Shown here: positions 41,943 through 54,404 of the stretch, in pieces | Layout of the letters: each line of letters begins with the position of its first letter | Position numbering within the stretch: position 1 is the first letter of the stretch | NCBI GenBank assembly: GCA_051362555.1 | Contig: CM120647.1 | Location: 15,724,651 to 15,788,650 of the forward strand | Length of the DNA stretch: 64,000 bases | Source: Lingula anatina | Taxonomy: Eukaryota; Animalia; Brachiopoda | Reading direction: 5' to 3' | Notes under the pieces: model-generated | Seen by the model: only the letters and a program-made list of their open reading frames with translations | What the model was told of the DNA's origin: nothing | Database searches by the model: none | Position numbers and translations under genes: made by a program

Positions 41943-42991
41943 GGTTTCACTGGTTCCACATAGTGAATTTTCTGGTTATTCTCTCTGCAGGCCATTTGCT
42001 ATGGAGGAATTAATAGCAAAAATATGGATATGGATTTTTATGATATTCAATTACGAAACAATTTTTTTTATAGATTTTGACACATATCTTTTCATTTGAT
42101 TATTATTACATTTACCTTGGTGGTGATCCCTGCTCGGGGTGATTGATCCATATTATATTATATCATATTATATTATATTATATTACAACGGTATATATTA
42201 TATTATATTATATTATATTATATTATATTATATTATATTATATTATATTATATTATATTAGATCCAACAGATCCACCTACTACAACAGAAGCAAAACCGC
42301 CTCTTGGAAAGAGTAAGTTTATGTCATTTCATTAAATTGCTTATTAGTCAATCTGAGAATTAATTCGTTCAATTAGTTAAATAGCCATACAATGGGCATT
42401 AATTTGAAAACACTTTATCACTGTGACGTACAATGACGTCACATACGGTTTTAAGTGGAGGAGATTAGATCATATCTGTTTGATATATATATATTGGTAT
42501 TATACATGTTCATTAACGGTGGCTGCATTTATTTCAGACAATTGTACTGGCTATGGTTTGGGGTTCCAAGAAATTCTAGGAGAAGAAAGCAAAGTATGGT
42601 ACCTAAACGCAAATCAAACATACGACTGTGGACATCTTATCTTTTACTTTGACCCATTAGTATGTGATTGCGCCGCGGCAGGAAAGTTAAATGGATATGT
42701 ATTATTACGGATACATAAATCGATAAAGGATAGTGTTATCAATATTTGTGATACTTACTTAACAACTTTTTAGGAAAACTTTAAGAAACAACAAAGGATC
42801 TAGAATGGTTTTCATTACACTATGCTGCAGGTCTCTAGATAAAGCACAAACGTCAACTTCTGCTAACGGAGCAGAATGTTGTTATCGGAGTTGCATCATG
42901 GTTATGGCATCTCCAGTTATTCGCAAATAATGACGAAATTTTGAGGATAGTCACTTCATTAAAATGGAAAAAATGCAAAAAATGCAAAAAA

Positions 42992-44360
42992 TGTGATAAA
43001 CCTGAGCACACTGCCACCTATAATTCCATGTGTCGTTTGTCCCTTCCCGAGAAATATTGAACTGCAGCAATTTTGTAATTATGTGTGAATACAGACTTTG
43101 ATATGCAGGCATGTTTCTTCATTATGACATTCTGTCCTTCAACCACTTCAATATAATAGAACTAACATATAAGCAGGTGACCATATAATGTTTGGCGGCA
43201 ATATATATTGGAATTTTCAGATATGTCCCTATTTCTGAAGGTACTCAGAATACTATTATCATAATTGTACAAAATCCCAATAAATCAATAAAAAGAGGAA
43301 GCGCTAGTTAGCAGTCTGAAGAGTTTACCTTCGGTTAATTGCTGTTTTACTACAGTATTATGTCTAAACTAGTAACAAACCCTTCCTTATCAAAAATCTA
43401 GTTTAAAAAACTCAACGTTGTGCATTTACAGTTCACTACAGAGTTCACTATATTGTTCATACGTTTAAAAATAATATCTTCAAAGACCTGGAGTATCAAT
43501 TTGTTCGTGCAAACTCTGGATTCTATCAAAAGAATTAAGAGCGTTTAAATGAATCAAACAATACAGATAACGTGATTTCTCAGGCTCAAATATTCCGTAA
43601 CCACCGATGATAGAGTCATTAAAATTGATGTATATTATTTGAAAGAAATACAGAAACGACCAGGTCTCTCAAAATCGAAATACTAACCTTATTGAGCACT
43701 TGCGGCATGGGTTGGGTCACATGGTGTACAGGAGAACAAATCAACCCTCTAAATGGTCTGGACTGACTCTGTTAAGCTTCCAAGACAGAACGGGACGATT
43801 AAACTAAAAACAGATCCGTGGCTGTTTTTATACTTATACATCGCCGCTTGCATAAGATAATGTTGGTAAGCGGCAGTTAACACGATGTATGACACCTTTC
43901 TTGGAAAGAGTCCCGTGCAAATTTATTAGGTGCAGACTTGGTGAGTTGGGTGGAGTCTTTTCAGTTTTACTGACATTTTTACATTTATGGAAATTGCTGT
44001 GGTGCATTACATTGAGCTTAGGCGTGCATATTCAAAATCTGAATAGATGATAGAAATGAGGAAATCTGTGATGCGGTGCATTTTTTGTAAGTCATGTAAG
44101 ATATGGCTTCGGAATAAATGTTACAATTTTCAGATTTCATCTTATTATTTCCAAACCAAAAACAAATTAAGGATGGGACAATTATTGAACTAGTAAAAAT
44201 TATAAGAAGCACTTTGAATAAATGCAAATTTAAGCCTGATATTGTCTAACTAGGTATCTATCCTTTAAAAGAGCGACGAGTAATGCTGTATGTTATTGTA
44301 TATGGTTAACAAAAATGTCATTGTGTATATTTGGCACAGCCCCCCTCAGCTCTCTCTCTT

Positions 44361-44411
<51 letters not shown>

Positions 44412-44502
44412 ATCTCACAAACACACACACACACACCTCTTTCTCTCCATCCTCATTCCTCTATTTTCTTTTTGCGCAAACACACGTGTGCCCCCGCACA
44501 CA

Positions 44503-44557
<55 letters not shown>

Positions 44558-45420
44558 ATCTCGTTCACACACGCGCGCACACACACATGCACGCAAGCTG
44601 CTCAATTTAAGGAGGGCGTGTGCGTGTACCGGGTACTCTTAGACAGGTTCCATGCAAATTTAAATCGCCATGTACTTTTCACAGATTGGGCGTTATCGTG
44701 GATTTACACAATAATCAACTGAAGAGGTAATGCTTAATTCATGTGCCTAAAAATAATATAATGTCAAAAAACTGAATTATATCATAATAAATGTCATTCA
44801 TAAAGCAAAATATCCTGTTGCCTCGCCCTTATGCAATATGCAATGAAAAAATTCAAATTTGGTTTATGAAGTCTGCCTGTCGCAAGTACATTAAGTACAA
44901 GTAAGTGTTTTCAATTCTATTATTTCATAAAATATGTACTGCAAGGCGGATAAACCGTTGCAGAAATTTATGTTCACATCATTGCGGGTAAAGTCAACGT
45001 TTCACTAATAAACATCTTTATTTTCTCTATGTGAAAAAAAACTTTAAAAAACATGTAATGAGCTCGATTTAATATAAATTCATATTGTTTGAGATATAAT
45101 TTCATACAATTAAAAGGATGACACTACTGACACCTGTTTGTTAGCCATAATTTAAAATTATTAGCACATTATTCAAAAAACCGCATTAATTTTTGAGAAA
45201 TTAACAATTGAAATCGGTGTCAGCCGTCCATGTTTGTCTTATGACAGCCATAGAGACATCATCAACGATTGAATAACGCGCATAAATATTGTGAATATTA
45301 ACATTCGTCTAACTTGAAAAAGTCGGAGAGGAGGATAAAAGAGGTGAGACGCCCCGTTAGACTGTCACACTGCTTCCTGACCGTGGACGGGTTCACAGCT
45401 GAAAGGTAAGGAGGAATAGT
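42992..45420 (+). repeat. Segmental duplication: region upstream of copy 5 is closely similar to 54511-57250 upstream of copy 6
   Basis: Long near-identical stretches starting TGTGATAAACCTGAGCACACTGCCACCTATAATTCC in both. The downstream flanks (52900-53530 and 63500-64000) are also homologous. Confidence 0.85.
45200..45405 (+). promoter_or_regulatory. Promoter and non-coding exon 1 of copy 5
   Basis: GATAAAAG at 45334, TCACACT at 45365, donor at 45406. Confidence 0.7.
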
Positions 45421-45836
45421 TAGACCAGACAACTTGAGGCCTCCGCCAGTGCCGTATCCTTACTTTTTAAATGTAATTAAAACATTATTGGATGGAGAGC
45501 TGGAGGAGAAAAGGGGAATAAGGATAATGTTTATGTTGTCTAACTAGTAATGAAATAAAAAAAATAACAAGAGTTGATTTCATGTAAAAACGTATAAATT
45601 TCAGTACACAATCAATTATGTTGTTTAAATAATGAATGCTGCAAATTTAAGGTAACAATTTGGTGGGGTTTATTTTTCCTTTTAATCTTCTGAGTGTGAG
45701 TACGATATGTCTAATAAGCTTAATGAATGGGAGATTGTTTAGATACTTACGTTTTTAGTTTTCAGAACAGGTTAAACATGTTATATTAAGAGTGATGAGA
45801 CTTTCTTGGTTAACCATTGATTAACTACTTTACATA

Positions 45837-45895
<59 letters not shown>

Positions 45896-46021
45896 ATCTG
45901 CCCGCTTTGTAAGTAACTGTTTTTAAAAACAGAAATAAATTGAAGTTGTGTCTGTTTGTTTACTTTCAGTGAAAATAAAACCATGTCTAACTGAAACAAT
46001 TCTATTTGTTTTCAGATCACA

Positions 46022-49000
46022 ATGAAGATCATACTAGTGTGCCTAGCTCTGCTCGGCGCTACTTATGCTTATGAACATTTACCAATTGGTAAGTTTTAAA
46101 GATCCAGTGAATATTATGATCGATCCAAACCTGGCCAGTTACTGCTTTGAAAGCTGACTCTCTCTTTTTTTTTTTTTTTTTTTTGGATGAAATGCTCAAG
46201 GCTCTCAATGTTTGATCATGATCATGAGAAGTACACAGTTGTATTCCAGAATTACAATATTTACAATGTTTGTTTTAATACTGATAAATAAATTACAACA
46301 TTTACAATGTTTCTTTTAATACTGATAAATGAATATAAAAATGTAAATTAACATGACCCATGTTTTTTTTAAGATGAAGTCAAGCAACGATGCCTTATTG
46401 ACAAACCGGACGTGTCACAAGGTGTCGCCTACGTCTCGGACTCTGACTGTGCCTTTTACTGGCAGTGTGACTTCGCCTACACCGTACTGAAGAATGTCAC
46501 CCTCAAAAAGTGTCCCATCGGAACGATGTGGGCCAAGATCGGGGTTTTAGCAAACCCACCATTACCGGGTGAGGAACCCGTCGTTTGTGTCAACTGCGCC
46601 CAGCAGCCGGATCATGAATGTCATGTACAGTACCCGTACGGGTCCAAACAGTGTCCAAATGGTATGTACAGTATCACCTTCAAGAGCTTTTATGTCTTTA
46701 TTTGTCTTATTATTATTTTAATATTTATTTATTTCATTTTGGGGAAAAAAGATAATATTATTGTGATAAAGTTCTTAAGATAAGCAGAGAGTTAAAAGGA
46801 AAATTAATTGATTACGCTATTCAGCTTGATCCGAGTTTCTTAATACAGACTTGACATTTAATATGGAATATTTTTTTTCTAAGTCATTTTTCATCAGTTT
46901 TTTCCTATTTTGCTGACTGATAAATGAAAATAAGGATTAAAATCGTGTTTTAATAACTCTAAATTATCTCTTTGATGTCATGCTGACATCAGCTCATTGG
47001 TTGAATTCGACAGTGAGGCAAACAGAAATGCATTGCCTATTCTATGTCATACAACATCCATTAAATGAGATATTTTGGATCTCTATATTTTCCAAATTAT
47101 TGTCTGTAAAAGAGTTATACGCTACACAATGGACCTTCATGTCAGTGTGTAGTCATAGTAACGGTCGCTGTTACGCCTGGCCTCTTCTGTCTGTTACCAG
47201 CGCTCTCAAGCGGCAAGGCATTCCTTGGGAAAAGTTTTTAGAGTTCAATCTGGAATATTATTCCAGGAATCGGTCCAAAATTGTCCAATTTGGTCCAGTT
47301 TTGATGTAGGGCATGTAAGCAGTTGATTCGGCGAGTAATGGCTTACCCACATATTGTCTATGCGGTTCAAATGTGGCGATTTTGATGACCAGGGTAGCTG
47401 CTCATTCCCTAGGTTCTGTAAGTTATCTGCTATTAAAAGTGCTCTGTGTGAACCGGCAATCTGACCGTGCAACCTAAAATTTTTCCTAAGGTGCCCCCTA
47501 TCAAATGATAGTCAAGTGGTTCCCGGATTATTCCTTTATTTGATCTGGTTCAGGTTTTCGTCAATGACTACCATTGGTGTTTTGGCACCAATGTGGTATC
47601 CACTCCAAATACTGACGCTGTCAATGACCCGTGTCACTTTACAAGCGGTACATGCTTCGTCGTAGGCCTCTTCTGAATGTCTGTAAACTCTGTTTTGACT
47701 AGCTTGGAGGTACAGGTGAAATCTGACCTCAATAAAGAAAGCCACGCGGTTTCAGTGTTCTACCCAGAAACGGTCATGGCCCCCAATTCATTGGAGAAAC
47801 AGACGACGATGTTTTGCTGTTTACAGTGGGTACCTCGCAGGTCGTCTAGTATTCTAACCTGCTAAAACCAGTTTGGTGTTCGTTAAGGGCCTGGAAAAAT
47901 GCATTTTAGGGCAATTTACCCCTGGTTCTGAACAGACTGGGTGGCTTTTGTTTAGTTGCAGCAGCGTATCCCGAAAGACAGTGCGTCCTGTACCCTGGAG
48001 ATAAGATTTCGATGCATTGGGTGTGACCTCTGTGTAGTTACATCAGTCTGGGCATTACTTTATAAAACTGTGCGGACCGTTCCGTTTGGCGCTGTAATCT
48101 GTCTGGTAATGTCTGTCTTTTTCGCGCCATTCTGCCACAAATTTACAAATTTGTAAAGCACTCCTTAGCTCATTTTACGCACTGCAAAATTGACCGCTTG
48201 CATGCAAAATTTCAAATTCTTCTATGGGATAGTTGCCGACATACGGATACTTTTTTGACAGAACCAAGATTTGCCTATTCCAAGCATTGACCAGCCCAAA
48301 GGAACACTACCCAATTAAATCACCGCATATTACATAATGTAGCAGCGCAACCGACATGCAAGTCAGTTAATTGGTAGCGGCACACCTGACTACACACTTC
48401 TCCATTCACAAATCTTATATGAGATCGGAGTTTTTTTAAAAAAGAACGAATTTTTACCTAGGCATACCTTCGAAACTGAAATATTCCATATTAAATGTCA
48501 AGTCTGTAGTTTTGATACATATATCATTAAATATATGATTATTATTACATTTTGCCTTCGTGGAGGTTCGTGCTCTTGGGACGCGATTTTCTTATATTAT
48601 ATTATATTATATTATATTATATTATATTATATTATATTATATTATATTATATTTCAGACACAACACCTGCACCTACTACAACGGAAAAACCACGACCTCT
48701 TGGAGATAGTAAGTTTATGTTGTTAAGTCAACTCATGAAATAATCAGGATCTTATTTGACCATTTTGCAGGTATTACTTATTAAAACTCAAATGATTTTC
48801 TTTTATCTGATTGATATTTCAGGCAGAGGAGTAATCTATTTTCATGGGTACATGTACCTTTACAGATCTGGTCTCAACTAAAAAAACTTACGTGTATTTC
48901 AAAGCATTAAACTGATACTCACGACCGAAATCATTAAAGTAGTGTTTGATCATTATGCGGCATCTTTTCGACTCTTGGTTCCGACTTGGCGGGAACTGCA

Positions 49001-52000
49001 ACACCTCTGCCATCTGTCGGTCTAACTAATGCGTTACTTATGAAGATTTAATTTCTTATGTTAAAATTATTCCAGAGATTTGTAGACTTGAGCCTCAGAA
49101 TTTGGTGTTCCAAGAAATCGTAGGAGAAATAAGCGAAGTTTGGTATTGGGGAGCGAATGAAACATTCAGCTGTGGACATCTCATCTTTAATTTTACGAAA
49201 TGTGAATGCCAGGCTGCACGTGAGTTTTTTGGAATATGTTTTTCAACGAGTGCGCTCGATTACTGCTTTCCGTTTAAATGATGTATTAAGGAAACAACAA
49301 CAGTGACCGGTTGTATTTTTACACCAGAGATTCAAAATCACAAATAGGCCTACCTTATAACTTCTGACAACGAAGTAGGTTGTTGATATCGGAATTGAAT
49401 TATAAGCATGGCATTTCCAGTTATTCGTAACGCAAATTTCAGGAAAGTCACTTAATTTGGAAGGCAAAGAGTGGTTATAATTTCATCTGAATTCAAGTTT
49501 CCTTATATTTTAGAATGGTTCTAATTATTATTTCGCAGTCCGAAAATTGCCCTTGATTTGATTTCTTGTTCAATTTAAAATGCAATGTGCATCATTTCCC
49601 CACCTCTTCCTCGGGTAATTCATGACAAATGCAGTGGTTCTGGGTTGTATAAAGATTGATGTGAGATTTCAATATATTTATTTTGGACATCCGCACAGTG
49701 CTTTTATAAAATTATATTTCTGCTATTATTTCAGCTGAATTCCCACTTTGGTGGCCATTTGTTGTGAAAAAAAATCTTATTGTGTTGCGTTGGAGAAATT
49801 GCTTTGAATCGCTCTCTTGTTTAGTTTGAATTAAACTCTGCGTCATTTGTTCGGATGATTAATAGCTGAAGAAGTGATTTGAAGGTATATAAAGATTGAT
49901 GTGTGATTTCATAAAAAAATTGGTCATTTTCTCCAGGTTTTCATATGTATTATTTCTACTATCATTTCAGCTGAGTTTCCAGCTCGGTGGAATTTTAATG
50001 TGAACTTGAACTCGGACAACAACAGACTTTACGCCGCCAACGAACCAGTGGGCACAGTAGGTTTGTCGGTAATAGAGCCAGGATGCGCCGAGTTTAATGG
50101 ATCAGGTATGGGGATGTCTTCTTTGTTAATCTTTCTAGATTGGATTTTATGAACACAATAATAAAATGCAAATCATTTATGTATTTATTTATTTATTCAA
50201 AATACGTTTTACTTTAATTTGTTTATTATATTGTAAGGCCTTAGCATGAATTATCAATACGATTAAAATACTACAGTTTGTAATGATCTCTTATTTTCAA
50301 GGCGGACTTCAAATTCCATACTTTAAGAACATGCGTCCTAGGACAAGCTGGGTAACTGCTGTTGTCTTCAACAGAGATCCGCTACAGAACGCTGTTATCC
50401 TTTACGAGTGCATTACCATCTTTATATATGATGATGGTACAATCATGGCGTCTGTAGTAGTCCAGAACCCCGAGGGAGTGAAGCAGCCCCTGACTGTCTC
50501 AGTTACGGTATGTTAATTCAGATATCTCACTTTTTGAATTGTATGTTATATGCTCGTTGGTACATTATAATTTTTATTGTTTTATTTGCCATGCACCGCT
50601 TCTTTGTACATTGTTCAGTAACACTCAATAACTGTTAGAGAGATCGGACATTTCGTCAACAGCATCTCTTTGACTTGGGCGTGACTTAAAAAGTCCGGGT
50701 CATATCCTTAAAACAGTACATTGTACTATCTCCCTGTTTAGTTTATCTATTCATTTTGTCAGTGCTATGTGAACTCTGTTGAGTAAACGTAAATACGCAT
50801 GGATTGAACAATGAATGAATAAATATTTTTAAAACTATTTAATAGGTAAACGATTGAATAGTTAATTAAAAGAAAACTACACAATGCGTACTAAGAATTT
50901 TGTGTTATTCCAGGTACCAGATCCTGGATATATCATCGTGATCTTGATATGGGACGGCAAGACCTTAACCCTCACTGTATACCAAGGAATCAATGTGTAC
51001 CAGGACTCTGCTACGGTACCAGATGGTATGCATGTCTTAATTATTGAGTCTTATCTTAGATGTGATTTCATGTTATTACATTGCATAGTTACTAATATAT
51101 TAAAGGATTGTTATTTTTATAATACAATAAATCTAACAAACAACAACAAGACTACTAAACAATCATCGCTCTACTGCATTTAGCTGACATACATGTATTT
51201 TAATTGTAATCTTCAAATAATTGTACGTCTCTTTCTAATGGTACTTCATTGTTAATTATAATGTAAATGGTTTGATGAAAAAATTATGATAATGGATTAG
51301 CAGTAAGGGAAATATTAAGTTATTCACTTTGTGTTTTTGAAAAGAAACATTGTAACTCCAGTGAAGCAAATGTCAAATGGTGATAAAATTACGTATGACA
51401 TGTACATGTAGCCTAGGACTAAAGGACAAAATTTACCAGTTTTCAATTAATTTATGTTCGTATATTTAGAACATATATGTACATATATGCTGCTAACAAA
51501 GCCTCACATTTATCAAAACTTACGCTTCAACTTATTATTTCAGATCCCGACAACGATTACATATGGTCACTCGTTTGTTTACCAGCACAGCCGCTATTCG
51601 TGGGTCACGTGCCGTGGCCGTTCGACGATGATCCAGCTATCCTCGGAAGCTATTCTGGCAATATTTGTTTGGTGAATATATACATCTTCTACATAGTCAA
51701 TTGCAGATCCGTGTTTTTTCTAAAGTGAGGGGGGGGGGGGGGGCACACAGATAAAAGTGTCTCCGAGTAATGCAAGAGACATATGTAAAAGCAGTAGACC
51801 AGGGGGGCTTTATTATTATATGTAGGCCTACCAGTATGGCCCAGGTTTGAAGACATTTTTTTGTGTGTGTGTGTGTGTGTGTGTTTGTGTTTTGCTGTTC
51901 ACAGTTTCTTTAGTTTATTTTGCCACGGAGAAATACCCTCGAAATTTAAGCCCTTTAAGCTGGAAGGCGTCCTTTTTTTTTTTTTTTTTTTTTTTTTTTT

Positions 52001-52394
52001 GACCCGTAGTACGGCCCTGTTTGAGAGTAAAAAACGACTTAAAGTGCCGACAACTGGCCAATCATTGAGCATTCAATCTGCAACCAAAACGATGCTTATG
52101 CCTCCTTTCTACGATCACAGCGATGCTACTTTCATGGTCGCACAAAGGACGCAGAAAAGACGCCGTCCAGTGTAAAGGGTGTTTAAAGAGGAGCGATTAA
52201 TTGGCACGTCGCCAAATACGGTATGTCTGCTGAGAAAAGAAATCCAAAGTTAAGGGACTATTAAAGGCACATATATGTGTTCTTTTTAACTTTTATTCAT
52301 CTATTTTCAGCTCTACTTTACCGACAAATTGTATGATAACGCTGATGCTGCCAAGGCCGACGTCCTCCTTGATTACGTTGGACCACCTGTTTAA
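46022..52394 (+). CDS. Copy 5: Pif/LamG3-like secreted chitin-binding + LamG protein, 404 aa
   Basis: Coding exons 46022-46088, 46374-46661, 48658-48708, 49076-49219, 49971-50105, 50302-50507, 50914-51025, 51544-51671, 52311-52394 (1215 nt, open frame). Exon 1 ends at 45405; AATAAA at 52675. Confidence 0.86.
46846..48506 (-). mobile_element. Same Tc1-like element, insertion C, intron 3 of copy 5
   Basis: Same TIRs with TA on each side; the empty site (GTTTCTTAATA|ATTTTGA) is visible in copy 6 near 59180. Confidence 0.92.
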
Positions 52395-54160
52395 TAACTG
52401 GTGGATATCAATAATGTCAACAGACCCCCAGCAAAGCAAGAAACGGCGATAACCTTGTTCTGCTAAGACAACATCTAATAATAGGACTCATAAGTTTCAA
52501 TGATGATTTTTGATAATCGGATGTAGAACGTGATTCCTGACAAAACGAGGGCGTGTTTGAAACGTTTCTTGTTGCTGAAAAGATCTTGATTTTACGATGA
52601 CGACCTCTTAACTTTTGAACGTAATGTTCGTAGTACAATAGACTTAACGTCCTGTGTTAATCACAGATATTGAGAATAAACTTTAGAAGCAATTGAAATA
52701 TTGTTTGTGTTTTGACTTTTGTGCAGTGTGTGTTGAGAGAGAGAGAGATGAATTGTGTGTTTCAAACTAGCTTGTGCGTTTTGATTAATTTCTTTGTTCA
52801 GTAAACAATGAGTGTGCGTCTGTTTGGCTGTGTGAGAAAATGAATTGGTATATTCAGCGGCACTTAAATACTGAACCAATTGCGAAGTCAAGATGCCGAC
52901 TAAAAGGGATAATTTCTAGTTCAATAAAAATTTAAAATATTTTATCCAACTTTTCCAGTGTTGAAAATGTTATGGTAAATGGCCCCATTATAGAGCTACG
53001 TATTTACGGAGTGAAAAATTAAAAGAAAAAACAATGGTCAATAGGTTTCAGCATCGCTGAGGTCTATGATCGTGACATATTTAACTGCAAGCTCACTTCA
53101 TTTTCAAGTGGTGACTTCAGGGGTGACTACAGGCTGCATCATGACAACGCACTTGCTTCCAGTTCCCGTTTATGATTGATTTGTTGCAAAAGCGCAATGT
53201 TCTTATAATGGAACAACCATCTTTCACCTTGACACTATAACCCTATTGAACACTTGAAGGATGATTTGGAGTGCGCGATGCAGAAAAGGATCCACCTCCT
53301 AATAATCTGTTCAGTTCTTCTGGAAAAATTAGACAATACCCCACAAAACAGACCTGAAACCCTACAAGTGATAACTGCTGAATGCTGTAGACGCACACGC
53401 TAACAGACATGTGACTTTCAAATAACGCAAGCTTAGCTAATTGTGTAGACATTTGATACCATTCAGTGATGTCTTTGAAACTGTATCGCCAGCTTTCACT
53501 CCCAGTATATAAAATATGAATATCCTCAGCATTTTGGTCTTACTTTACCGCAAGTCATGTTACAGGTGTTAGATTCTTACAAAAAATAAATAAATAAAAT
53601 TTTTTACGAACATTTTACTAAATTTAATTCATAGTCAACGTCATTCAGTCCAACCCTCCAAGCTCGTCTTCCAGGGTATCTTCAACCTCGTGAACAGTTT
53701 TCAGCAACAGGACACACCCACTTTACATGTCACTAATATTAATATGACTTTGAAGAAGTGTAGTTCTCTTTTCTTATTAATGTATTCTTAATGTTTTGTT
53801 CTTTTTTTTTTAACCACATTGGCAACTGTTTGTTAGTCGAAGTGATGTAAATCGTCATGAAGTCAAATGTTTTACATCAGTTATCATCGATGTTATCTAT
53901 ACTATGAAGTCTACTGTTATAATTTCCCATTGTTATTTATGCAATGAAGTCCAGCTTGCGGAAATATCGTCCTATATTATCAGGTTATACACGGTATATG
54001 GTTGTGGCCATATAAACTCCTGTGAATACTATACATGTATGTTCACTGTTCATTTTTTATATCTCCGTCAATCCATTCCAGCAACAGAACAGAACAATAT
54101 ACAGTACTGTATTGTATATTGTACAATATACAATATACAGAACAAAATACAGTAACGGTT

Positions 54161-54404
54161 CAGTGGCGGATTTAGACCCCCTTCCTCCCCCCCCCCCCTT
54201 TCAATTTCTGGACAAAAAACACACCAATGGTCCCCTCTTGAAATTAGAATTTTGTCTAGTTGAATTATAGTTCCAAACCGTACCAAATGGCACCTTTCGA
54301 CCTCTAAAATACCATTTTTTTTTCAACACCAACAATTGGGCGGGGGGGGGGTCGGATTCGCATCCGCGGACCCCACTCTTCAAATAACCCTGGATCTGCC
54401 GCCG
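54161..54404. mobile_element. hAT-like MITE with degenerate ends
   Basis: CAGTGGCGGATTTAG...CTGGATCTGCCGCCG with internal poly-C and poly-G runs. Confidence 0.45.

Larger units (their letters stand above)
38966..42990 (+). pseudogene. Copy 4: truncated, frameshifted pseudogene of the same family
   Basis: Exon homologues at 39484-39550, 41498-41784, 42262-42312, 42538-42681. Lesions: 6-nt deletion in the core promoter; exon-1 donor GTAAG>TTAAG (39032); Leu>Gln in the signal peptide core; a frameshifting deletion of about 7 nt near 41705 (exon 3 is 287 nt); exon-5 donor GTAAG>GAAAG (42682); exons 6-10 absent; Tc1-like element in intron 2. Confidence 0.88.
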
